Assembly: GCA_039027955.1 (NCBI GenBank)
Contig: JBCCJD010000003.1
Coordinates: forward strand, 1,627-65,626
From: Pseudomonadota bacterium
GTDB lineage: Bacteria; Pseudomonadota; Alphaproteobacteria; Sphingomonadales; Sphingomonadaceae
DNA length: 64,000 bases
Direction of reading: 5' to 3'
The position numbers and the translations under genes are program-made. The notes beneath the pieces were generated by a model. It was given only the letters and a program-made list of their open reading frames with translations, was not told the origin of the DNA and searched no databases. Shown in pieces: positions 38,364 to 47,113 of this stretch (within the stretch, counting starts at the first letter, position 1; each line of letters starts with the position of its first letter).

Positions 38364-39670
38364 TGGCAGACATCGACTTAGCCGGGCCAGCAACCTTGTC
38401 GATCGCGCTCAGCAAGACCGTGATCGATCCGCATGCCTATGCCGAATGGAACGGTCTGCTTGATACTTTCGACCACATCCGCACGACAATGCCGGTCGCG
38501 AAAGTCACCCCTGCAGAAGAGGGTCTGTACGAGCCGTTCTGGCTGATCACGCGGTATGACGATGCGATGCGCATCTCGAAAGAGAACGCGATGTTCCTTA
38601 ACAATCCGCGTCCGGTCGTCTTTGCTTTCAATCAAGCGATTGAATTCAGCCGCGCTGCGACCGGCTCGAATATGCTGGTCGATTCGCTGGTGGTGTTCGA
38701 CGCGCCAATCCATCCGAAATATCGCAAGCTTACGCAGGATTGGTTCATGCCGCGCAACCTCAAGCATCTTGAGGGCGAAATTCGTGCGCTGGCCGAGCGG
38801 ATCGTCGATGCCATGCTGGCGGCTGGTCCCGAGATTGATTTCGTCGAGCAGGTTGCAGGCCCCTATCCCTTGCGCGTGGTGATGCAGATCCTGGGCGTGC
38901 CGCCGGAAGATGAGCCGCGCATGCAGATGCTCACACAACAGCTGTTTGGCGGACAGGATGCCGATCTGTCGGGGACAGGGCTGAAGGAAATGAACTCCGA
39001 GCAGGTGGTGAATCTTATCGCTGGCGCGGTGAAGAGCTTTGAAGATTATTTCGCGCAGCTTGCTGAAAAGCGCCGGGCCGAGCCGACTGACGATGTAGCA
39101 AGCGTGATTGCCAATGCGCTGGTCGACGGTGCTCCACTGCCGCCGCGCGATATGGCAGGCTATTACATCATTATCGCGACCGCCGGGCATGACACGACCA
39201 GCGCTTCAACCGCAGGCGCGATGCAAGCCCTCTCGCAAGATCCGGAACAATGGGCCCGAGTGCGAGCGGATCGGGCGCTGCTTGCTGGCGTGGTGGAAGA
39301 AGCGATCCGCTGGACGTCGCCGGTGCAGCATTTCATGCGGACTGCGGCTGAAGATGTCGAACTTGGCGGGCAACAGATCAAGGCTGGCGACTGGCTGATG
39401 ATCAATTACGTCGCTGCCAATCATGATCCGGCGCAATTTGACGATCCGCGCAAGTTTGACGCTGCGCGCAAACCCAATCGGCATCTGGCCTTCGGGGCTG
39501 GCGCGCATCAATGCCTCGGGCTGCATCTTGCCAGGCTTGAAATGCGGATATTGTTCGAGGTTTTGCTGGATAAAGTCGCAGCCATCGAGCCGACGGGAAA
39601 AGCAGAGCGCGCGACCAGCACTTTTGTGGGCGGACTTAAGAAGCTGCCATTGCGCATCACACCAGCCTAA
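38363..39670 (+). CDS. Cytochrome P450 (CYP108-like)
   Basis: I-helix ATAGHDTT, EEAIRW, HLAFGAGAHQCLG. ATG overlaps the TGA of the ligase. Confidence 0.9.
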   Translation: MADIDLAGPATLSIALSKTVIDPHAYAEWNGLLDTFDHIRTTMPVAKVTPAEEGLYEPFWLITRYDDAMRISKENAMFLNNPRPVVFAFNQAIEFSRAATGSNMLVDSLVVFDAPIHPKYRKLTQDWFMPRNLKHLEGEIRALAERIVDAMLAAGPEIDFVEQVAGPYPLRVVMQILGVPPEDEPRMQMLTQQLFGGQDADLSGTGLKEMNSEQVVNLIAGAVKSFEDYFAQLAEKRRAEPTDDVASVIANALVDGAPLPPRDMAGYYIIIATAGHDTTSASTAGAMQALSQDPEQWARVRADRALLAGVVEEAIRWTSPVQHFMRTAAEDVELGGQQIKAGDWLMINYVAANHDPAQFDDPRKFDAARKPNRHLAFGAGAHQCLGLHLARLEMRILFEVLLDKVAAIEPTGKAERATSTFVGGLKKLPLRITPA

Positions 39671-39865
39671 GCCTTATAAATGGGGAGTGCGCTCAAATAT
39701 TCAAGAGGGTGCGCGTAATAATGTTATCTCAGACATTCAGTATCGAAAGATCATACGATTCTTCTGTTATTTTCGAGCAATATGTGTTAATGCTCCATTC
39801 ATGGGAAAAACTTGGGACATAAACGGTGCAGTGTTTGCAGCGCGCTTTGTGGTCGGTGAAATCCG

Positions 39866-40510
39866 ATGATGTTGCTTGAACCATACAATCTGCCTTTTGC
39901 CTTAGCATTGGCCGGGCTGTTCGCGCTCGCTGTGCTGCAATTGGCAGGCGCAGGCGATCTGTTCGATGGGGCAGGCGATGTCGAAATAGACCTCGATGCT
40001 GATATCGCAGATGGGCTTGAAGCGAGCGGCTTTTTTGAAAGCGTGTTTAGCCTGTTGGGGGTCGGGAGGGTGCCCTTCCTCATCTGGCTCTCTAGTTTGT
40101 TGCTAGCATTTGCGGTAACCGGTGTGGTCGGTCAGGCGTTGATTACAAGTCTGACGGGTGGACCCTTGTCAGCCGGCTTTGCAGCGCTCCTTGCATGCGC
40201 AGTCGCACTTCCCGTCAATGGCTTGTTGGTGCGGCCGATCGAAGCGATCATGCCGCAGGATGAAACAAGTGCGGTAGGGCTCGAAAGCCTGGTTCGGCGC
40301 GATGCCGTGATCCAGACGGGCACTGCGCGAGCGGCCTCACCTGCCCGAGCGAAAGTGAAAGATGCGTTTGGTCATCCTCATTTTGTCATGGTCGAACCGC
40401 ATGATCCGCAAGCGGAGCTAACCGAAGGCGACACAGTGCTGCTCGTGCGGCGTGAAGGTCAGCTGTTCTTCGGCGTGCATTATGAAAGCCCATTGCTGGG
40501 CCTCGACTGA
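39866..40510 (+). CDS. yqiJ: YqiJ-like (DUF1449, NfeD-like OB-fold) membrane protein
   Basis: PYNLPFALAL, LGVGRVPFLIWL, ARAKVKDAFGHPHFVMVEP; directly precedes a flotillin. Confidence 0.8.
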   Translation: MMLLEPYNLPFALALAGLFALAVLQLAGAGDLFDGAGDVEIDLDADIADGLEASGFFESVFSLLGVGRVPFLIWLSSLLLAFAVTGVVGQALITSLTGGPLSAGFAALLACAVALPVNGLLVRPIEAIMPQDETSAVGLESLVRRDAVIQTGTARAASPARAKVKDAFGHPHFVMVEPHDPQAELTEGDTVLLVRREGQLFFGVHYESPLLGLD

Positions 40511-40574
40511 GAGCCCGGCGCATGAGTATTGCGCGCGAAGCCCCTGACGCGCGCCACACAGAACAGGAGGAAAT

Positions 40575-42323
40575 ATGGACATACTGACAATTCTCATGCT
40601 GGCCGGCGGAGTGGTCGCCCTTCTGGCGATTATCTTCGTTCTGCTGACCAGCCTGTATCGCCGCGCCTCAAAGGAGATCGCTTTTGTGCGAACCGGTGTT
40701 GGCGGCGAGAAAGTCGTCATGAATGGCGGCGCGCTGGTGCTTCCGGTGTTTCATGAGACCATGCCGGTCAACATGAACACTCTGGTGCTCAGCGTCGTGC
40801 GCAAGGATGCTGAAGCTCTGATCACGCTCGACCGTTTGCGGATTGATGTGAAAGCGGAATTCTACGTTCGTGTGCGTCCTGATGCGGGCGCGATCGCCAT
40901 GGCCGCACAGACGCTGGGTATGCGCACCATGCAGCCCAACATGCTTAAAGACCTCGTCGAAGGTAAATTCGTCGATGCGCTGCGTTCGGTTGCGGCCGGG
41001 ATGAGCATGAATGAGCTGCACGAACAGCGCGCAGACTTTGTCCAGAAAGTGCAGCAGGTCTCGTCAAACGATCTCGCCATGAACGGGCTCGAACTCGAAT
41101 CGGTCTCGTTGACCGGCCTCGACCAGACCAGCATCGAGCACTTCAACGCCAACAACGCGTTCGATGCTGAAGGTTTGACGAAGCTCACCGAACAGATCGA
41201 AGCGCGCAAGAAACTGCGCAACGATATCGAGCAGGACACCCGCGTTCAGATGGAGACCAAGAACCTCGAAGCTGACGAGCGCAGTTTCGAAATCGGGCGC
41301 GACAAAGAATATGCCCGGCTCCAGCAAGAGCGCGAAGTCGAAATCCGCCGTGCCTCGCAATCAGCTGAGATCGCGAGTGAGCAGGCGATGCGCGAGCGCG
41401 AAGCCGAAGCGGCTCGCATTCAAGCGAAGAAAGAGGTCGACAGCCAGCAGATCGAAGCCGACCGTGCGGTTGAGGAAGCCCGGATCGATCAGGTCCGCGC
41501 GCTCGAGATCGCCCGCCAGGAACAGCAGATCGCGGTGCAGAACAAGTCGCGTGAGGAAAGCCAGGCCAAAGCCGAAGCTGACGCGGCGCGGGCTAAAGCG
41601 GTCGAAGCTGAAGAGCAGGTGGCGACGGCCCGTGAAAGTGAGATTGCAGAGCGTACCAAGAAGATCGAACTGATCGAAGCGGCTAAGGAAGCCGAACGCG
41701 AAGCGATCCAGGTCAAGGTTGAGGCCGAAGCCGAGAAAGATGCAGCGACCAACCGTGCGCTGGCGCTGCGGCTCGAAGCCGAAGGGGAAGCCGACGCTGA
41801 AAAGCTGCGTGCCGACGCCGCCCGGGTCCGGTTCGAAGTCGAAGCGGCTGGTCAGCAGGCAATCAACGAAGCGGCCAACATCCTGTCGATGGAGCAGATC
41901 AGCCTGCAAACCAAACTCGCGCTGCTTAAGGTTCTTCCGGAAGTCGTGCGTGAAAGCGCCAAGCCGATGGAAGCGATCGATTCGATCAAGATCGTCCAAG
42001 TCGACGGGCTTACCAATGGCGGCTCCGGCGGCTCCGGTGCAGCAAACGACACAGGTGGCGGCGCAGGCGGCGGTTCCGGCAATCTGGCGAGCGATGCCGT
42101 CTCCGCAGCCCTTGCCTATCGCGCTCAGGCTCCGGTGCTTGACGGGCTGATGAAAGAACTGGGGCTTGATGGCTCCTCGCTTGGCAGCCTCGTGCAAGCG
42201 GCAGCGGACGAACCTGCTAAGGTTGAAGCCGCGCTTTCGCAGCTCTCGTTCGACAACGATTTCGAAGCGAACACCGAGACGCCCGCTGACGAGGGCATTC
42301 CAAACGACGAAGCCGCTGAGTAG
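40575..42323 (+). CDS. yqiK: Flotillin/SPFH-domain protein (YqiK-like)
   Basis: N-terminal TM, FVRTGVGGEKVV, SPFH domain (NGLELESVSLT), long EA-rich coiled coil, IDSIKIVQV flotillin tail. Confidence 0.9.
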   Translation: MDILTILMLAGGVVALLAIIFVLLTSLYRRASKEIAFVRTGVGGEKVVMNGGALVLPVFHETMPVNMNTLVLSVVRKDAEALITLDRLRIDVKAEFYVRVRPDAGAIAMAAQTLGMRTMQPNMLKDLVEGKFVDALRSVAAGMSMNELHEQRADFVQKVQQVSSNDLAMNGLELESVSLTGLDQTSIEHFNANNAFDAEGLTKLTEQIEARKKLRNDIEQDTRVQMETKNLEADERSFEIGRDKEYARLQQEREVEIRRASQSAEIASEQAMREREAEAARIQAKKEVDSQQIEADRAVEEARIDQVRALEIARQEQQIAVQNKSREESQAKAEADAARAKAVEAEEQVATARESEIAERTKKIELIEAAKEAEREAIQVKVEAEAEKDAATNRALALRLEAEGEADAEKLRADAARVRFEVEAAGQQAINEAANILSMEQISLQTKLALLKVLPEVVRESAKPMEAIDSIKIVQVDGLTNGGSGGSGAANDTGGGAGGGSGNLASDAVSAALAYRAQAPVLDGLMKELGLDGSSLGSLVQAAADEPAKVEAALSQLSFDNDFEANTETPADEGIPNDEAAE

Positions 42324-42342
42324 ACCTCGCCTTTAACCAACC

Positions 42343-42382
42343 AAAGACCCCGCCGCGCCCATGGGTTCGGCGGGGTTTTCTT
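42343..42382 (+). terminator. Rho-independent terminator after the flotillin gene
   Basis: AAGACCCCGCCG...CGGCGGGGTTTT stem followed by CTT. Confidence 0.75.
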
Positions 42383-42410
42383 ATGCAGTCAATTCGATTG
42401 CATAGGTTTC

Positions 42411-42441
42411 TCGGCGAGAACTGGGGTGGGTTTCCGACGTG
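42411..42441. repeat. GGGTG-centred palindromic element, copy 1
   Basis: TCGG-cgagaac-TGGGGTGG-gtt-TCCGAC, about 10 nt past the stop of the 42448 gene; similar elements at 42824, 42973 and (inverted) 43444. Confidence 0.45.
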
Positions 42442-42447
42442 GCTTTG

Positions 42448-42798
42448 TCAATGCTGATAGCCGATAACGCGCGTCCCAAAGTCGGTCTGCTGAAGTGGAA
42501 ATTTTCCGATCGGGTCAACAATCGGCTCCAAATCTATAGGAAGCTCAAGCCACTCGATCGCACGTAGCTCCACTGGCCCAAATTCAAGCGTATCCATAAA
42601 TGCCATTGGACATGCGAACGATGGAGGGAACCGCATTTGGCGCGGTTCTTCCACATCAATGAATTTCACGATCATGGGACCTGAGCTGAGATGCCCGACC
42701 GCGCTGAATAGCTTTCGCCACTTAGTGTCGCTCATTAGGGCAACGCTGAAACGCTCACGCGCTAGCTTACTCATCTTGGTCGGGTCATGAACAGACAT
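42448..42798 (-). CDS. Hypothetical accessory protein (~116 aa)
   Basis: Intact ORF (LMSDTKWRKLF...AIEWLE) with atypical composition; no confident family. Confidence 0.7.
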   Translation of the reverse strand: MSVHDPTKMSKLARERFSVALMSDTKWRKLFSAVGHLSSGPMIVKFIDVEEPRQMRFPPSFACPMAFMDTLEFGPVELRAIEWLELPIDLEPIVDPIGKFPLQQTDFGTRVIGYQH

Positions 42799-42823
42799 CA
42801 AGCCTTGTTAATACCTCAACTGC

Positions 42824-42853
42824 ATTTCGACAATTGCGTTGAAAGCTGACACT
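42824..42853. repeat. GGGTG-type element, degenerate copy 2
   Basis: ATTTCGACAAT-TGCGTTG-AAAGCTGACACT, just upstream of the 42798 start. Confidence 0.35.
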
Positions 42854-42972
42854 CAAGCAAGAGCCTGCTCCAAGGAACTAGCGGCCTCTTATCGGGGAAT
42901 CAGCCCAACAACCTCTGCGCAAATCCGCGCGGCGGGGTTCGTTTTGGCGATCACAGCGATCGCATAAGGGCT

Positions 42973-43002
42973 TCGGCTGAAGAGGGGTGGTTAGTTGCCG
43001 AC
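42973..43002. repeat. GGGTG-centred palindromic element, copy 3
   Basis: TCGGC-tgaaga-GGGGTGG-ttagtt-GCCGAC, overlapping the stop codon of the 43401 gene. Confidence 0.45.
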
Positions 43003-43401
43003 TCCGCAAGCCTTGCAAGATACGCTTTCGCAGATCGCGACCAAGTCCGCTCCGATGGCAGGGCTCATTTCCACGAAGATCAGTTCGCCCGATACAACAG
43101 CGTCCACCTTTTGTTCGAGTAGCCTCTTATGTGCCTCATGATACTCTGCAGCAGCGCTGGGGTGTGGGGGTGTATAGAGCTTGGGTAGGCCATCCAGGCT
43201 GTTTGGATGCTCCCGCGTAGTTGTGCCGAAATAGACAACGATGTTGCCTTCTCGAAACTTATCCATTTGGAGCGCATCCACGCCGTTCAAGAGCACTTCG
43301 TAGCCATTCCCATTTGACCTGCTAAAGAACAGTCGGCAGTCCTTTCCTTGCATCACAAGGCCGTCGAATGTGGCGTCATGCAGAGGACGTTCTTCAACCA
43401 T
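42991..43401 (-). CDS. Hypothetical accessory protein (136 aa)
   Basis: Intact ORF starting MVEERPLHDATFDGL; AT-richer codon usage than flanks. Confidence 0.75.
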   Translation of the reverse strand: MVEERPLHDATFDGLVMQGKDCRLFFSRSNGNGYEVLLNGVDALQMDKFREGNIVVYFGTTTREHPNSLDGLPKLYTPPHPSAAAEYHEAHKRLLEQKVDAVVSGELIFVEMSPAIGADLVAICESVSCKACGVGN

Positions 43402-43443
43402 AATTCTAGTTTAACCGCCGATCTTTCGATCGGCTACTGGCTC

Positions 43444-43472
43444 GTAAGCTGTCACCCATTCGACTTTGGGTG
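43444..43472. repeat. GGGTG-type element, inverted copy 4
   Basis: Minus strand AAAGTCGAA-TGGGTG-ACA-GCTTAC; also forms a CACCCA/TGGGTG hairpin. Confidence 0.3.
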
Positions 43473-43502
43473 TCCGAGACTTCTCGCTCTCTTGGAAGAG
43501 AA

Positions 43503-44384
43503 TCAGCCCAGCAGCCGCTGCGCCATATCCCGCACTTCGCTGCCCATATCCTCGCGTTCCAGCGCCAGCGCGAGAGTCGCTTCGACGAACCCCAGTTTGC
43601 TGCCGCAATCGTAGCGATTGCCGTCGAAGGTGACCGCGTGGAACGGCTGATCGCCGATCATCTTTGCCATCGCATCGGTCAGCTGGATTTCGCCGCCTGC
43701 ACCTTTTTCCTGCCCCTCCAGCGTACGCATGACTTCGGGTTGTAGGATGTATCGGCCTGAAATGATCTTGTTGGACGGCGCTTCGCTCACTGGCGGCTTT
43801 TCAACCAGACCGGTGACTTGCGTAAGCGCGCCGTCAGCGGCGCCCGGATCGATCACGCCATAGCTGGAGACCTCCTCCATCGGCACTTCGAGCACGCTGA
43901 TGAGATTGCCGCCAACCTTCTCATAGGCATCGACCATCTGCTTCATGCAGCCGGTTCCGCCTTGCTTGCCGATCATCAGCTCATCTGGAAGAAAGATCGC
44001 GAACGGTTCATCGCCGACAATTGCGCGGGCACACCAGATTGCATGGCCAAGCCCCATCGGCACTTGCTGACGCACAGTGATGATATCGCCTGGTGTTGCC
44101 CGGGTCGGATCAAGCACCGACAGGTCCTTGCCGCGCTCGCCCATTGTGGTCTCAAGCTCATACGCCATGTCGAAATGCTCAACGATCGCGGTCTTGCCGC
44201 GTCCGGTGACGAAGATCATCTGCTCGATCCCCGCCTCGCGCGCTTCATCGACCGCATACTGGATCAGCGGGCGATCGACGATCGGCAGCAATTCCTTCGG
44301 GATCGCTTTAGTCGCAGGCAGGAACCGTGTCCCTAGCCCTGCTACAGGGAAAACGGCTTTTTTGATCGGCTTGGGAGATGTCAT
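43503..44384 (-). CDS. galU: UTP--glucose-1-phosphate uridylyltransferase
   Basis: KAVFPVAGLGTRFLPATKAIPKE, GLGHAIWCA, VEKP, GEIQLTDA, RYDCGSKLG. Confidence 0.96.
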   Translation of the reverse strand: MTSPKPIKKAVFPVAGLGTRFLPATKAIPKELLPIVDRPLIQYAVDEAREAGIEQMIFVTGRGKTAIVEHFDMAYELETTMGERGKDLSVLDPTRATPGDIITVRQQVPMGLGHAIWCARAIVGDEPFAIFLPDELMIGKQGGTGCMKQMVDAYEKVGGNLISVLEVPMEEVSSYGVIDPGAADGALTQVTGLVEKPPVSEAPSNKIISGRYILQPEVMRTLEGQEKGAGGEIQLTDAMAKMIGDQPFHAVTFDGNRYDCGSKLGFVEATLALALEREDMGSEVRDMAQRLLG

Positions 44385-44557
44385 GTCAGGCCTCGCTCGA
44401 TAATCTTACCGTGTGGCAGGTGCCGCGCGCGCGAGGTCAGGTCAATGGCAATACAGGCGATGGTCCGTTGGGGGTATGAGCTGTGCTCTTCAGGGCTCAC
44501 CCGTAAGCCGGAACCGGGTCAGTTGCGCGAAAGGCATGATCGGCTAAGGCGGGCGCC

Positions 44558-45838
44558 ATGGACAAACTGATCATACGCGGCGGCAACAGGCTTTCTGGCA
44601 CAATCCCCATTTCAGGCGCCAAGAATGCAGCGCTTACCCTTATCCCGTGTGCGCTTCTTACCGAAGAGCCGCTGACGTTGCGCAACCTTCCGCGGCTCGC
44701 CGATATCGACGGGTTCCAGCATCTGATGACGCAGTTCGGCGCGTCAGTGGAAATCCATGGCAAGCGCCCGGAGGATTTCGGCCGAGTGGTCACCTTTGAA
44801 GCCTCGCGCCTTACGTCGACTGTCGCGCCGTATGATCTGGTCCGCAAAATGCGTGCCTCGATCCTCGTGCTTGGCCCGATGCTGGCGCGTGCTGGCGAAG
44901 CGACCGTTTCAATGCCCGGCGGGTGCGCGATCGGCAATCGTCCGATCGATCTCCACTTGAAAGCCTTAGAAGCGTTCGGCGCGACGATCGAGCTTGCGCA
45001 AGGCTATGTCCGCGCGATCCAGCCCGATGGCGGGATGCCAGGCGGCGAGTTTGACTTTCCGGTCGTCTCAGTTGGCGCGACCGAAAACGCGCTGATGGCA
45101 GCGGTGCTGGCGAATGACACGTGCCGCCTGTTCAACGCGGCGCGCGAGCCGGAGATCGTCGACTTGTGCAAGCTGCTCATCGCCATGGGCGCTGAAATCG
45201 AAGGGATCGGCACGTCGGCGCTGACGATACACCCAGCCAAGCGCCTGCATGGCGCCACCTATCAGGTCATGCCTGACCGGATCGAAGCGGGCTCCTATGC
45301 CTGCGCGGCGGCGATCACTGGCGGTAAAGTGCGGCTGGCGGGCGCGAAAGCCGAGGAGATGCAAGCGACCTTGCATGCGTTGCAGACGATCGGGGTGCAT
45401 GTCGAAGAGGATCCCAAAGGGGTCAATATCGCCACGAACGGCGCGCTTAAGCCGACTGACTTGACCACTGCGCCTTATCCCGGCCTTGCGACTGACATGC
45501 AGGCCCAATTGATGGCTTTGCTGTGCAAGGCCGACGGGACCAGCGTGCTGAAAGAGACGATTTTCGAAAACCGCTTTATGCACGTGCCGGAACTGACGCG
45601 GATGGGCGCAGATGTCGCAACAGAAGGCCGCACTGCGATTGTCAAAGGGGTAGGCGAGCTGACTGGCGCGGAAGTCATGGCGACCGATTTGCGCGCTTCG
45701 ATGAGCCTCGTGATTGCAGCGCTGGCGGCTGAAGGCGAAAGCCAGGTGCGGCGCATCTATCACCTCGATCGCGGTTATGAACGGCTTGAGGAAAAGCTCG
45801 CGCTGGTCGGCGCTGAGATTGAGCGAGTGGATGATTAG
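44558..45838 (+). CDS. murA: UDP-N-acetylglucosamine 1-carboxyvinyltransferase
   Basis: [23 protein letters not shown] (catalytic Cys), [35 protein letters not shown]. Confidence 0.97.
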   Translation: MDKLIIRGGNRLSGTIPISGAKNAALTLIPCALLTEEPLTLRNLPRLADIDGFQHLMTQFGASVEIHGKRPEDFGRVVTFEASRLTSTVAPYDLVRKMRASILVLGPMLARAGEATVSMPGGCAIGNRPIDLHLKALEAFGATIELAQGYVRAIQPDGGMPGGEFDFPVVSVGATENALMAAVLANDTCRLFNAAREPEIVDLCKLLIAMGAEIEGIGTSALTIHPAKRLHGATYQVMPDRIEAGSYACAAAITGGKVRLAGAKAEEMQATLHALQTIGVHVEEDPKGVNIATNGALKPTDLTTAPYPGLATDMQAQLMALLCKADGTSVLKETIFENRFMHVPELTRMGADVATEGRTAIVKGVGELTGAEVMATDLRASMSLVIAALAAEGESQVRRIYHLDRGYERLEEKLALVGAEIERVDD

Positions 45839-46086
45839 AAAGCGTCGCAGGTCAGTGCTTTAAAAATCGATTGAAGTATTGAGCTCCTACCCAAAACTCT
45901 CTCGCTTTTAATCAAATTTATTTTTGCCAATCTTCACTTTCTGAGAATTTCTGCTCGACTAACTGTTTTACGGTCAAAGCAATCTGGGAGCCCTTGAACC
46001 TTGCTTAACCAGGTCTCTTTTGCAGATGTGCAATAAGTCTTTTCATGCTAATTGGGCCGGTCGGTATTCCTATCAGGACGCACTTG

Positions 46087-46758
46087 ATGACAGAAAAATC
46101 GGAAGATGCGATCTCGACGGGTGAGTCCAAATGGAAGGTAGCTGCCATTGTCCTCACGGCAATCGCGGCTCTTCTATCAGCTGTGGCTGCATTACTTCCA
46201 GAGGTGAGAGCATTTTTTGTTGGAGGAGCGGAAGAGCCCTCAAGCCAAACTGCAGCAATTGCTGGAACATCCCAGGCATCCGCTTCGAGTGACGAAAATT
46301 CAATGTCGAAGAATGAGGTCGGGACCCCGATCACCCAAAGCCCTCAGCCTAAGGCCATCGGCGACGCCGAAGCATTTCGTCTTGCTGAAGAGATTACGCA
46401 GGATTTTATATTTGCCGCGTACGACTGGGACGTGGATGCAGCCGTCAAATTGGCAACGCCACCTTTTTATTTTACCGGGGGACCTATCGAGACGAAGACT
46501 GAGATCCGTGCGAGATTTGAGCAGCGCCTCGGATCCACATCTCTAGTTTGGTCCAATCGCCAGCCTGATCGATTCGAAACCATGGTCCTGAATAAGGTGA
46601 CGTTGGCAGACAGGTCGTACGTCACAGACCGGATCGATCAATCGATGTTAAGGGAAGGGGCGGCAATTCGGGTTGACGCCCTATTTGGACGCAGCGCTAC
46701 CAGCTTTTACTTTCGCCGCGATGATGCGGGTGTCAACCTAATGGGCGTGATGTACTAA
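46087..46758 (+). CDS. Hypothetical single-TM protein with Ser/Thr-rich linker and C-terminal globular domain
   Basis: WKVAAIVLTAIAALLSAVAALL TM; lower GC; AT-rich upstream region. Start at ATG 46087 (track starts at 46045). Confidence 0.7.
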   Translation: MTEKSEDAISTGESKWKVAAIVLTAIAALLSAVAALLPEVRAFFVGGAEEPSSQTAAIAGTSQASASSDENSMSKNEVGTPITQSPQPKAIGDAEAFRLAEEITQDFIFAAYDWDVDAAVKLATPPFYFTGGPIETKTEIRARFEQRLGSTSLVWSNRQPDRFETMVLNKVTLADRSYVTDRIDQSMLREGAAIRVDALFGRSATSFYFRRDDAGVNLMGVMY

Positions 46759-46981
46759 TTGAGCTGACCAGCCATACCCGGATGGCGCTCGCAAGGCCGG
46801 GCGGTGTCTCGGCCTTGATCCGCTCAGCATCGATCCGCGCCACCAGCGCATTGATCGCAACGTCCTCGCGCGCTGCGGCCTCGCGCAGCATGTCCCAAAA
46901 GATCGGCTCAAGGCTGACACTCGTCTTGTGTCCGGCGATCTCAACCGAACGTTTGACAGGCGGATGGTAAGGCGCGCTCAC
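46733..46981 (-). CDS. Ribbon-helix-helix domain protein (RHH_4 type)
   Basis: VKRSVEIAGHKTSVSLEPIFW...LVARID...LASAIRVW. Confidence 0.88.
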   Translation of the reverse strand: MSAPYHPPVKRSVEIAGHKTSVSLEPIFWDMLREAAAREDVAINALVARIDAERIKAETPPGLASAIRVWLVSSISTSRPLG

Positions 46982-47008
46982 ACCGATGCGCTAGCTGAGC
47001 CTGAGCGC

Positions 47009-47100
47009 GCAGCCAAGTTTGCGGGCCAAGCTTGCGGGGCCAAGCTTGTGGGGCGAAGCGTGCGGGCCAAGCGTCCGGGCCAAGCGTGCGGTCTAAGCCC
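47009..47100. repeat. Intergenic degenerate tandem repeat, 7 copies of a 13-14 bp unit (GCGGGCCAAGCGT-like)
   Basis: CCAAG/CGAAG/CTAAG cores at 47013, 47026, 47040, 47054, 47067, 47080 and 47093. Confidence 0.85.
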
Positions 47101-47113
47101 GCCGGTTCCCAGA

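Noticed and set aside
47009-47100. CRISPR array
   Set aside because: The units are 13-14 bp and contiguous with no unique spacers, and there are no cas genes.
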